Positions 28,765-37,713 are shown, numbered from the stretch's first letter. The stretch: 63,627 bases of DNA from an uncultured Bacillales bacterium (GCA_946410555.1 CAMKAT010000004.1:1-63627), one strand, 5' to 3'. Made by a program: numbers and translations. Notes: generated by a model not told the origin, from the letters alone.

Positions 28765-29418
28765 TTCATTGTTATAATCTTGTTTGAAATTTAAGATAGG
28801 TATTTCTATAATTTCATATTCATTATATGAATAATTTCTATAACTATATAATTTTTTTACATCATCTTTAGCATCGTCGGAATAATCATTTATATTAAAG
28901 AAATTCATGTAATAAGCTAATATTGCTTCTAAATCATATATATAAAAATTTGAATATTTATTCCTTAATGCAATAATCTTTATATTTGATGGTGGAATAA
29001 TATCATTATAACAACAATTATCAGGTTGACTTTCGTCCTCAACTTTTATTCCTTCAATAGTAAGAAGGCAAGGAGAACCACCTAAATAGTTTTGAAAACT
29101 TCCACAATTCCTTACGTCTTCAATTCTTTTAATTGTCAAATTACATTCATCAATCATAAATGTATATCCTGGATTATATCTTTGAATATCATTTTTACAT
29201 TCCTTAATTATCTCTGTTCCTTCTATTCCTACTATTTTTAAATAATAGTTAAGTATATGTGAAAACATTTGAATTGAATTTTTTATACCTTTTGATAAAA
29301 ATACACCGCAATCTTTATCTTGAATAGAGTATGATCTGAAACCAGATTGAGGTATTAGACCAAACTGCATAATGCTATTAAAATTATTTAAACTTGTAAA
29401 ATGATAATATTTATCCAT
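28744..29418 (-). CDS. Hypothetical protein with an ART/Tpt1-like N-terminal motif
   Basis: DKYYHFTSLNNFNSIMQFGLIPQSGFRS...GVFLSKG resembles the H-x-T ... GL-P ... R ... V-x-LS pattern of KptA/Tpt1 and DarT-type ADP-ribosyltransferase folds. Judged by eye only. GAGGGG RBS before ATG 29418. Confidence 0.6.
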   Translation of the reverse strand: MDKYYHFTSLNNFNSIMQFGLIPQSGFRSYSIQDKDCGVFLSKGIKNSIQMFSHILNYYLKIVGIEGTEIIKECKNDIQRYNPGYTFMIDECNLTIKRIEDVRNCGSFQNYLGGSPCLLTIEGIKVEDESQPDNCCYNDIIPPSNIKIIALRNKYSNFYIYDLEAILAYYMNFFNINDYSDDAKDDVKKLYSYRNYSYNEYEIIEIPILNFKQDYNNEKTLTLS

Positions 29419-29475
29419 AAAACCCCTCACATTTATGCATATTCTAGCACTAATTATTTTTAAGTCAAATAAAAT

Positions 29476-29501
29476 AAGAACGAACTAAATAGTTCGTTCT
29501 T
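29476..29501 (-). terminator. Terminator hairpin after the 114-aa gene
   Basis: AAGAACGAAC-taaata-GTTCGTTCTT, T-rich on the minus strand. Confidence 0.6.
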
Positions 29502-29511
29502 TTCAAATTAT

Positions 29512-29856
29512 TTATAAGTTGTAATATTCTTTTATAAAACCTATAATATCAGAATTGTTTTCTTTTACTTTTGGATCTTCCAATAATTCATCTAAAGTAA
29601 AATATTTACCTTCGATATCAGCATTTACTTCATAGAAGTAATGATGATAAGTTCTATTTTCATTATGAGATACAGAATATTTATCATGTACTTTATCGAA
29701 TAAAAATTTTACATTATCTGTATTATATTTTTCTTTTATTTCTTCGATATCATTTCCTTTTATATTAGGAAATAAATACATATCCCATCTTTCATCATAG
29801 TAATTTAAAAATTTATTATCTTTTTTTATTAAAATTATTGAATGTATGCTCTCCAT
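29512..29856 (-). CDS. Hypothetical protein (114 aa), Nudix-fold-like without an obvious Nudix box
   Basis: SIILIKKDNKFLNYYDERWDMYLFPNIKG resembles the Nudix N-terminal strand/W-x-F-P-G pattern. No GX5EX7REUXEE box was seen. Confidence 0.55.
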   Translation of the reverse strand: MESIHSIILIKKDNKFLNYYDERWDMYLFPNIKGNDIEEIKEKYNTDNVKFLFDKVHDKYSVSHNENRTYHHYFYEVNADIEGKYFTLDELLEDPKVKENNSDIIGFIKEYYNL

Positions 29857-29894
29857 AATGTTCTCCTTACTTATTTTAAATTATAGCAAAAAAA

Positions 29895-29945
29895 TAATAA
29901 TCGAACTACAAAGTTCGATTATTATTTTATGCATTAGAAAAATAG
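29895..29945 (-). repeat. Cassette-end repeat, minus-orientation relative
   Basis: The minus strand reads ATTTTTCTAATGCA...AATAATCGAAC-tttgta-GTTCGATTATT. Compare copy D, ATTTTCTAAATGGCACGGTAATCGAAC. Confidence 0.45.
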
Positions 29946-29964
29946 ATTCAAATTTATAATACTT

Positions 29965-30144
29965 CTATTTAGCAATCGGAGTATTATTCTTTAAACTCTC
30001 TTTTTCATTTTTTAGATGTTCTTTATATGCTTTTCTAATTTTTAATGGTGTATTTAGTTTTAATTTTCTTTTCCCATTTTTATCTATAACTAAATATTCT
30101 ACCCATGGTGCTTGATCAGCTGTGAACAATCCTTTTTGATTCAT
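29965..30144 (-). CDS. Small hypothetical protein (59 aa), below the ORF-track cutoff
   Basis: GGAG RBS 8 nt upstream of the ATG (30142-30144). Translation MNQKGLFTADQAPWVEYLVIDKNGKRKL...; has its own terminator. Confidence 0.45.
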   Translation of the reverse strand: MNQKGLFTADQAPWVEYLVIDKNGKRKLKLNTPLKIRKAYKEHLKNEKESLKNNTPIAK

Positions 30145-30267
30145 AATATCATCTCCTAATGATATTATACAATAAATAAAAATACTTTTGTACTTAGTTT
30201 ATTTAATGACAAATGTAATAATATGTTTTATAGTAATATTGTAATTAAAGAAAGGAGTGTGATTAAA

Positions 30268-30315
30268 ATGTTTATAATTACAAATTTAAATAGATTTAAT
30301 CACATTTGTGGTTAA
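30268..30315 (+). CDS. Candidate 15-aa leader peptide (MFIITNLNRFNHICG)
   Basis: Strong AAAGGAG RBS 8 nt upstream. Embedded in the 9-bp inverted repeat GTGATTAAA/TTTAATCAC. Ends 22 nt before the deaminase start. Confidence 0.4.
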   Translation: MFIITNLNRFNHICG

Positions 30316-30337
30316 ATCTTAGGAAGGAACTAAGATT

Positions 30338-30745
30338 ATGGAAAAAGAGATATGGGATTTACTTATTAGTAAGGCAAAAGAGGTAAGAAATCCTAAAGTA
30401 ATCTCACCATTCATTGAAGGCGGACAAGTGGGTGCAGCAATACTAACAAAAGCGGGTAATATATATACTGGTGTATGTATTGATACAGCTTCTACATTAG
30501 GAATATGTGCTGAGAGAAATGCTATTCATACCATGATTACTAATGGTGAATCAAAAATTGATAAAATAGTATGTATTGATTCTTCAGGTAGAGCTGGATC
30601 TCCTTGTGGAGCATGTAGAGAACTAATTATGCAATTAGATAAAGATTCAAAGAATATAGAAATTCTTCAAAATGAAGAAACATATGAAGTAATTACTATG
30701 GAAGAATTAATGCCTGATTGGTGGGGATATTCTAGATTTGAATAA
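30338..30745 (+). CDS. Cytidine-deaminase-fold zinc enzyme, blasticidin-S deaminase-like
   Basis: CAE (ICAERNAI) and SPCGACRELIMQL zinc motifs. The 135-aa size and C-terminal ELMPDWWGY resemble BSD/Bsr-type deaminases. Confidence 0.7.
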   Translation: MEKEIWDLLISKAKEVRNPKVISPFIEGGQVGAAILTKAGNIYTGVCIDTASTLGICAERNAIHTMITNGESKIDKIVCIDSSGRAGSPCGACRELIMQLDKDSKNIEILQNEETYEVITMEELMPDWWGYSRFE

Positions 30746-30746
30746 G

Positions 30747-30790
30747 AAAACACTAACGTAAAGTTAGTGTTTTAATATTCTTAATGGCAC
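30747..30790 (+). repeat. Cassette-end repeat, copy B
   Basis: AAAACACTAAC-gtaaa-GTTAGTGTTTT then AATATTCTTAATGGCAC. Confidence 0.75.
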
Positions 30791-30989
30791 CTTTAGTAGT
30801 TCGTTGAGAAACCATACAGGTTTCTTTTTTTATGTATGTCAACTAATTAAGTTACGTCATCAATTCATTATATTTTTATATTAAGTAGATTTAAATATCT
30901 ACTTTTTTATGCATGTAAACAAACTCTACAAATAGTGTGGATACTTTTATATAATATGGATATACAATGTAGTTGAAAGAAGGAATAAT

Positions 30990-32423
30990 ATGGATCAAAA
31001 AAGAATAGGACACTTTATAGCTAAACTTCGTAAAGAAAATAATTTGACTCAACAAGAATTAGCAGATCAACTATATGTAACTGATAGAGCAGTTTCACAC
31101 TGGGAGAATGGAAGAAGGTTACCTGATATATCATTATTGAAAAATTTATCGGATATATTAGGTGTATCTGTAAATGAATTAATAAGTGGCGAAAAATTTA
31201 AAGATAATAATATAATAAAAAAATCTGATGATAACATTATAAAAACATTAAAGGATAATAAAAAGAATAAACAATTATTTAAGTTAATTACATTTATTTT
31301 AATTATCATGTTAATATTATTGATTGTATTTGCTAATATCACTTTAAAGAAAAATATAAAACCAAAAATCAAAATATTTAGTATTAATGTTCAACAAAGT
31401 GAAAATACTAAATGGAATAGTAATGAACAACTACATATTAAATTGTATTATTTAGATTCGGTTGATTTGTGTACAGAAAATGGAAATTGTTATGATATTT
31501 TTTATGCATTTGAAAATAATGCCATGGATAGAATTACTTTATCTAATTATTTAAATAAGCAAGTTGAAATTAATGCTTTAAAAAGTGAAACATTAAATGA
31601 TAGTAGGAGTACAATTTATTCAAATGATTATTATGAGGTTGTAATGTGTAATACTCAAGAAAGTAATAATGATATATTAGTTGGAAGGCCAGGTTTAACA
31701 GATAATTTAAATGGAAATATATGTGGCTATAAAGGAATTAATATTAACAAATTCCATAGAGTATACCACATCAAATCTATCAAAGAAAGTAATAAAGATA
31801 CTATAGATGTTGAATTAACTGACGATAATAAAAAATATCATGTAGTAAATATCATAAATAAGTATGATATATTACCTGGACATGATTATGAATTTACTTT
31901 CGGCACTTATGAAAATTTTTCTGAAACTGTTGAAAACATATTTAATTATTCAATCATATATAATGTTGAAGAATATACATTAGATGAGAGTATTTCTGAA
32001 TACAATAGTAATAAAGATGAAATCAAAGTAAATGAAAAGAATACCGGTGTATTAAATGAGATTCCAGAAGCATCTATGTATATTAAAAAGAATAGTATGA
32101 GTAAAACTAAGGCTACAGTTATCATTGAAGATTACTCTAATGGTCAATACTTTTATGGTTCTTTCTATAAAATTGAAAAGTATAATTCAAATGGAGAATG
32201 GACAGATTTAGTATATATCAATGATAAAAATACTTCTTGGAATAGTATGGGATATAAACCTGATAAAACAGGAATTATCAAATATGAACTTGATTGGAAA
32301 GAATTATATGGTGAATTAAGTGCAGGAAAATATAGAATTGTAAAAACCGCTGTTAAGGAAAGCGATCCTTGTACTAATGGCTGCAAATTATATAATATTT
32401 CTGTTGAATTTAATATTGAATAA
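30990..32423 (+). CDS. Membrane-anchored XRE-family HTH protein with a large extracytoplasmic domain
   Basis: N-terminal HTH_3 (IGHFIAKLRKENNLTQQELADQLYVTDRAVSHWENGRRLPD), one TM, and a C-terminal Ig-like region ending GKYRIVK. Confidence 0.8.
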   Translation: MDQKRIGHFIAKLRKENNLTQQELADQLYVTDRAVSHWENGRRLPDISLLKNLSDILGVSVNELISGEKFKDNNIIKKSDDNIIKTLKDNKKNKQLFKLITFILIIMLILLIVFANITLKKNIKPKIKIFSINVQQSENTKWNSNEQLHIKLYYLDSVDLCTENGNCYDIFYAFENNAMDRITLSNYLNKQVEINALKSETLNDSRSTIYSNDYYEVVMCNTQESNNDILVGRPGLTDNLNGNICGYKGININKFHRVYHIKSIKESNKDTIDVELTDDNKKYHVVNIINKYDILPGHDYEFTFGTYENFSETVENIFNYSIIYNVEEYTLDESISEYNSNKDEIKVNEKNTGVLNEIPEASMYIKKNSMSKTKATVIIEDYSNGQYFYGSFYKIEKYNSNGEWTDLVYINDKNTSWNSMGYKPDKTGIIKYELDWKELYGELSAGKYRIVKTAVKESDPCTNGCKLYNISVEFNIE

Positions 32424-32558
32424 TTGGAATCAAAAGATTCCTTTTTTTCATGGTATAATTTATATATATAAATGATTATTCTTCAAATGTTAAAATACAT
32501 TGCTTGTAGCAACGGTATATTTATAATAAATTGAACTTGATGAAAGGAGAAATTTAAT

Positions 32559-33065
32559 ATGTTAAAAGATAATTTAAAAATATTAAGAAAGAATAAAGGT
32601 CTTTCACAAGAAGAATTAAGTGTTAAATTACATGTTGTTAGACAAACAATTTCAAAATGGGAATCAGGTTTATCTGTTCCAGATGCTGAAATGCTAGTAA
32701 CAATATCAGAGTTATTTGAAACACCAGTAAGTGAAATCCTCGGAGAAAATATTGAAAAACAAGAAAAAGATGATTTAAAAGTAATATCTGAAAAATTAGA
32801 AGTGATTAATGAACAATTATCAAATTATCAAAAGGAGAAAAGAAAGCAAAAAAATAAAATATTGATAATTATAGATATAAGTATCATTTTACTATTCATA
32901 TTGTTGGCAATATTAGGCAGTCCTTATCTGACTTGGGACTATAATATTACAGAATGGGCAATATTAGGAACTTTCTACCATGCATTTGAATGGATGTTTA
33001 TGAGACTAGCACCTATTGTTGTAATAGTATTAACAACTATTATATTAATTAAAAAGAATAAATAG
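32559..33065 (+). CDS. XRE-family HTH protein with C-terminal TM helices
   Basis: LKILRKNKGLSQEELSVKLHVVRQTISKWESGLSVPD followed by two hydrophobic helices. Confidence 0.8.
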   Translation: MLKDNLKILRKNKGLSQEELSVKLHVVRQTISKWESGLSVPDAEMLVTISELFETPVSEILGENIEKQEKDDLKVISEKLEVINEQLSNYQKEKRKQKNKILIIIDISIILLFILLAILGSPYLTWDYNITEWAILGTFYHAFEWMFMRLAPIVVIVLTTIILIKKNK

Positions 33066-33088
33066 CATAATAATTATAATATAAATAA

Positions 33089-33133
33089 AAAACTCTAACA
33101 ATTAAGTTAGTGTTTTACTTTTCTAAATGGCAC
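33089..33133 (+). repeat. Cassette-end repeat, copy C
   Basis: AAAACTCTAAC-aattaa-GTTAGTGTTTT (one stem mismatch) then ACTTTTCTAAATGGCAC. Confidence 0.75.
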
Positions 33134-33225
33134 AATAATCATAAGGGTTTAAAACTTTTTTTAATTATTATAATACAGGTAATCATTAAATATGAAACAA
33201 TGATATAATGTTGTTGAGGTGTCTT

Positions 33226-33996
33226 ATGGATAAGAGTTTATATGAAATGATATTTAAGAGAAAGTCTTTTCATTTATTTCGAAATATAGGTAATGAAAAA
33301 ATCAGCAATGATGAATTAAAAGATATTGAGAATAAATTTAATGATTTAAAACCACTTGTGAAGGATATTAAAGTCAAAATAAAAATAGTTAAAGATTCAA
33401 CTACTTGTAAAAGAGGACAAGAGTATTGCATACTATTTTATTCAGAAAAGAAAGATAATTATCTTCAAAATATTGGTTATATAGGAGAACAGTTGGATCT
33501 TTACTTAGTATCTAAAAATATCGGTACTTTATGGTTTGGAATAGGAAAAGTTGAAGAACCTAAAATTGACAATTTAGATTTTGTTATTATGATTGCTATT
33601 GCAAAGGTAGATAAAGAAGATAAATTTAGAAAAGATATGTATAAGAGTAAAAGAAAAGCATTATCTGAAATATGGGAGGGTGATAATCTTCTAGATATAG
33701 GAAATATCGTTCGTTTTGCTCCAAGTGCATGTAATACTCAACCATGGAGAGTTGAATCTTCTGATAATATATTAAAAGTATATAGATATCGAAAAGAAGG
33801 TAAAAGAGGAATAATGCCTAAGGATATGGTTATATACTATAATCAAATAGATATTGGTATATTCTTATGTTTCTTAGAATTATGTTTAGAGAAAAACAAT
33901 ATATCTTATAACAAAAAAATATATGTAGAATCAAATCATGAAAATGAAAATAATTTAGTTGCTGAATATATAATAAAAAACACTAACTTTTGTTAG
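33226..33996 (+). CDS. Nitroreductase-family protein
   Basis: IFKRKSFHLF N-terminal FMN-binding pattern and RFAPSACNTQPWR motif. GAGGTG RBS before ATG 33226. Confidence 0.8.
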   Translation: MDKSLYEMIFKRKSFHLFRNIGNEKISNDELKDIENKFNDLKPLVKDIKVKIKIVKDSTTCKRGQEYCILFYSEKKDNYLQNIGYIGEQLDLYLVSKNIGTLWFGIGKVEEPKIDNLDFVIMIAIAKVDKEDKFRKDMYKSKRKALSEIWEGDNLLDIGNIVRFAPSACNTQPWRVESSDNILKVYRYRKEGKRGIMPKDMVIYYNQIDIGIFLCFLELCLEKNNISYNKKIYVESNHENENNLVAEYIIKNTNFC

Positions 33997-34018
33997 TGTT
34001 TTATTTTCTAAATGGCAC
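33977..34018 (+). repeat. Cassette-end repeat, copy D (abuts the recombinase element)
   Basis: AAAACACTAAC-tttt-GTTAGTGTTTT then ATTTTCTAAATGGCAC. The hairpin encodes the last codons (KNTNFC-stop) of the nitroreductase. Confidence 0.75.
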
Positions 34019-34109
34019 GGTAATCGAACGAGTTTCCAAATTATAATTTACCACTTATTCAATTTCCTTTGCTGTTTAAATTATACTATATATTTATAAT
34101 TTTAACAAC

Positions 34110-35792
34110 CTAGTTAGCAAAACTTTCACTAACTTTTTTTAATAAATTAGTTGGCTCTGTTAAGTATAAATATATAGTCTTTTCTTTTTCAATAACACTT
34201 TTTGGTTTTACTTTGATTATCTTAAATAATAATACATCTAAATAATAATCATAATCTTCTGATAATGTATATGCCATTAACTTATGCTTTTTCTTTAATA
34301 ATTCAATATATTCCAAAGCATCTTTTTCATGTTTCATTGTTGATATTGAAGCCTTATATACACCAGTACCAATTATTTTATCAACCATATTTCCATTAGT
34401 ATAATCTAATAGTTCATTAACTTTATTTGGTTTTAATTTTAAATCTGTTATATCAACCGATGTTATTTTATTTCTTGATGTCTTATATTCCTTAATTGTT
34501 ATTTTATCTACATACTTTCCTATAAACTCACATTTTGTTTCATAAGATGTCATATTCCATAATTCGTTTAAATCATTTTTTGTTAATGCTTTTCTTTTTT
34601 CTTCAATAATACTTTCATCTATTGCAAATCTTAATCTATGGTCTAATCTACAATTATTAAAATCATTTGCTGTCTTTTTATCAGTTATATAATAATTCTC
34701 ACTAATTAAATTAGATAGTTCAAATAAGTTATTTAATTCACTCATAAGTGCCTTTTCTATAAGTTCTTCTCTAATGTATGTTCCACAATCTTTGCACTTA
34801 TAATATAGATATTCAGTTTTATTTGGTTTCCTTGTTCCATTACAAGCCATTATTCTTCCACATTTAGGACACACTAATCTTTGTATAAATAAATATCTTT
34901 TTGACCTATAATAATTTCTGCCATTTCTAAATATCATATCTTGGCAGTCATTAAATAAATCTTCTGAAACTATTTTAGGAACAATATCTACAATTTCTAT
35001 TGTTTCTTTATTATCAATACTTTTTCTATATTCATAAGTACCCATATAACATTTATTATTCAATATACAAGATATAGAACTATCAGTCCAACTTCTATAT
35101 GTTATTTTTTCTTCATTTGTATTTTTATCTTTTCTAATAGATGATATTACATTAGGATACTTTTCTTTTAATATATTAGATATTTGAAAATATGTTTTTC
35201 CACTCGCACATAGTTCAAATATTTCTCTAACTATTTTTGCTTCATCTTCATTGATAATCCATTCTTTTAATTTCTTTCCATCATCATCTAATTTAGTTTT
35301 ATAACCAAGAGGGGGCTTACCACCAAAATGCCCCTTATTAACAGCACTTTCAACTCCGACCAATGTTCTTTCTTTTATTAGTTCTCTTTCAAATTGAGCA
35401 AATATGCCTAATATACGAGCAAACATCATACCTGCTGCACCATTAGTATCTATCTTTTCACATAAGAACTCAATACCACAATTATACTTTTTAATTTCAT
35501 TAAAGAAAGTTTCAAAATCAACTATACTACGACTTATTCTATCCATTTTGAAAGCCATAATTAAATTGAACTTCCCTTTTTTCATATCTTTCATCATTTG
35601 TTGATAGGCTGGTCTATTTTCAGTAGACTTACCACTAATACCAGCATCAGTATATACCTTATAAACTTTATAATTGTTTGCTTCACACATTGCTCTTAAT
35701 CTTTTCTCTTGTTCTTCTAATGAATGTCCTTCTCGGGCTTGGTCTGTTGTACTAACTCTTGTATATATAGCAACTAACTTTTCTTCAACCAT
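34110..35792 (-). CDS. Large serine recombinase (integrase)
   Basis: VAIYTRVSTTDQ catalytic Ser motif, recombinase domain (GGKPPLGYK), zinc ribbon CPKCGR...YYKCKDCG, C-terminal coiled-coil region; 560 aa. Confidence 0.92.
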   Translation of the reverse strand: MVEEKLVAIYTRVSTTDQAREGHSLEEQEKRLRAMCEANNYKVYKVYTDAGISGKSTENRPAYQQMMKDMKKGKFNLIMAFKMDRISRSIVDFETFFNEIKKYNCGIEFLCEKIDTNGAAGMMFARILGIFAQFERELIKERTLVGVESAVNKGHFGGKPPLGYKTKLDDDGKKLKEWIINEDEAKIVREIFELCASGKTYFQISNILKEKYPNVISSIRKDKNTNEEKITYRSWTDSSISCILNNKCYMGTYEYRKSIDNKETIEIVDIVPKIVSEDLFNDCQDMIFRNGRNYYRSKRYLFIQRLVCPKCGRIMACNGTRKPNKTEYLYYKCKDCGTYIREELIEKALMSELNNLFELSNLISENYYITDKKTANDFNNCRLDHRLRFAIDESIIEEKRKALTKNDLNELWNMTSYETKCEFIGKYVDKITIKEYKTSRNKITSVDITDLKLKPNKVNELLDYTNGNMVDKIIGTGVYKASISTMKHEKDALEYIELLKKKHKLMAYTLSEDYDYYLDVLLFKIIKVKPKSVIEKEKTIYLYLTEPTNLLKKVSESFAN

Positions 35793-35808
35793 TTTTAATC
35801 TCCTTTCT

Positions 35809-36153
35809 TTAACAATTTTCTAATAAACTTTTATTTATTTGTTCTTCATCATCTTTTTTATCTGCTGATGTTTCAAATAACTTTTTTAATTTAGGCATTT
35901 TATAATTTTCATCTTTTAACTTTGCCTTTCTTTTAAACATACGAAAACCCATTACTTTTTCCATTGTGACATAGACATTAGTAATTGTTTTTACATAATT
36001 ACCATTTTCATCATAAATAGGTTCTTCTTCATATCTTACATTATCTTTGCCATATCTTTCTTCCCAGTTTATAGGAATTAGAGGTGTAGGCATTTTTTCT
36101 TCAATTTCATATATTTGTGGTACAAATACCATTTTTGAATTTTTTCTTTTCAT
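35809..36153 (-). CDS. Hypothetical protein (114 aa), upstream of and co-oriented with the recombinase
   Basis: ORF 16 nt upstream of the recombinase gene; no motif recognised. Confidence 0.55.
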   Translation of the reverse strand: MKRKNSKMVFVPQIYEIEEKMPTPLIPINWEERYGKDNVRYEEEPIYDENGNYVKTITNVYVTMEKVMGFRMFKRKAKLKDENYKMPKLKKLFETSADKKDDEEQINKSLLENC

Positions 36154-36271
36154 ATACTAAAACTCCTTTCTTCATATTGAGTTTAACAACTTTTTATGAT
36201 ATATTAGATATCAATATTGAAAATGTTTTTGTATTTACATTTTCCATATATCTTAAAAGGAATGATAGTTA

Positions 36272-37123
36272 ATGAATTATGGTAAAGAATTTATATTATT
36301 TGAAAATATGAGTACCAAAGAAATAAGTATTAAAAGTAATAATAAGCATTATAAATTAGGTTTTGAAACTGCCTTTGATATTTTAACCAAAGAACAACAA
36401 TTATTATTAGATAGATTATTTAATTATGCCAATAGTTTTAATTCAGGTTATGTTGATAGTATTGTTTGGTATTCTTTTTTAGCCACATCAAATATAGAAT
36501 TACCACTTATAAAAGAACAATATAAATACAATAATATTGATAACATAAAAGATATAGATATATCAGTACAAAGAAGTGGAAGAAATATAAATAGCCATTT
36601 AACTAAAAATGATTTTACTGATAATAATTTATATCAAATGAAAAAGACACCATTATTTCAAATTTCTAATAATGAAAATATGAATAATGATGATTTTTGT
36701 ATGATATTACAAAAGACTATTTACTATAAAACTGATACTGAATTTTTATTAGGCTTATTACATTCTATTTTTTCCACATCCAAGCAATATTATTTAAAGA
36801 AATGTAATAGATGTGGAAAATACTATATAACTAATAAAACTGATAATTGTTATTGTAATAGGGAATATGAGTATAATAATAAAACCATATCTTGCAGTGA
36901 TATTGCTAAAATACTAAAAAAATCTTATGCCTATGTTGAATTAAATAAAAAACACAAATCTTTCTTACAAACATTAAATAAAAATAAAAATGTTAAAACT
37001 GAATATATTGAAACATATAAAATAGAGCATAAGAAAAAAGTAAAAGAGTATGTTAGAACTATGAATATCAATCCACTAAAAGATTTTATAAATACATATG
37101 AAGAATTACACCCATATAACTAA
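36272..37123 (+). CDS. Hypothetical Cys-rich protein (283 aa)
   Basis: CNRCGKYY...CYCN...C cluster suggests a zinc-binding module. Confidence 0.6.
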   Translation: MNYGKEFILFENMSTKEISIKSNNKHYKLGFETAFDILTKEQQLLLDRLFNYANSFNSGYVDSIVWYSFLATSNIELPLIKEQYKYNNIDNIKDIDISVQRSGRNINSHLTKNDFTDNNLYQMKKTPLFQISNNENMNNDDFCMILQKTIYYKTDTEFLLGLLHSIFSTSKQYYLKKCNRCGKYYITNKTDNCYCNREYEYNNKTISCSDIAKILKKSYAYVELNKKHKSFLQTLNKNKNVKTEYIETYKIEHKKKVKEYVRTMNINPLKDFINTYEELHPYN

Positions 37124-37713
37124 TATTTATTAACCATATTATAAAATGTACTTGGTTTAAGACCTAGTTGTTCTATTGCTTCTTTTGTTTTAATTTCTTT
37201 ATTTTTCCATTTATTAACCACAATATCAAAATTTTGTGGTTTTTCTATTGTTGGTCTACCAAACTTAATTCCTTTATTCATTGCTGTTGATATACCTTCT
37301 TTTTGCCTTTGTTTAATAAAAGTTCTTTCTTGCTCTGCGACATAAGATAATATTTGTAAAATTAAATCACTAATAAATGTACCTAATAAATCTTTATTTT
37401 TAGTAGTATCTAATAATGGCATATCTATAACTACAATATCAGCCTTAATATTCTTTGTAATATCTTTCCACTCATCAATAATCATATTATAATTTCTTCC
37501 AAGTCTATCAATGCTTTTAATAACTAAAATATCATTTTCCCTTAATATATGTTTTAAGATATTATATTGCTCTCTATCAAAATCTTTTCCACTTTGTTTG
37601 TCTATATAAATATCTCTTTCATCAATACCATAATTTTTAAATGCTATTATTTGTCTTTCTTCATTTTGTTCTTTACTACTAACTCTTGCATAACCAAATA
37701 TTTTGTTTTTCAT
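37120..37713 (-). CDS. Small serine recombinase (resolvase/invertase family)
   Basis: IFGYARVSSKEQNEERQ catalytic motif and a C-terminal HTH (TKEAIEQLGLKPSTFYNMV); 197 aa. Confidence 0.9.
   Translation of the reverse strand: MKNKIFGYARVSSKEQNEERQIIAFKNYGIDERDIYIDKQSGKDFDREQYNILKHILRENDILVIKSIDRLGRNYNMIIDEWKDITKNIKADIVVIDMPLLDTTKNKDLLGTFISDLILQILSYVAEQERTFIKQRQKEGISTAMNKGIKFGRPTIEKPQNFDIVVNKWKNKEIKTKEAIEQLGLKPSTFYNMVNKY

Noticed and set aside
34003-34035. Copy D (TGGCAC-GGTAATCGAAC) as a duplicated fragment of the tRNA-Trp 3' end (TGGCAGGGGTGGAAGGAATCGAACC), which would mark a tRNA-targeting att site
   Set aside because: The similarity needs a 9-nt deletion and rests on two short blocks. Copies B and C lack the AATCGAAC block in that position. 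I treated it as possible coincidence and mention it only as context.
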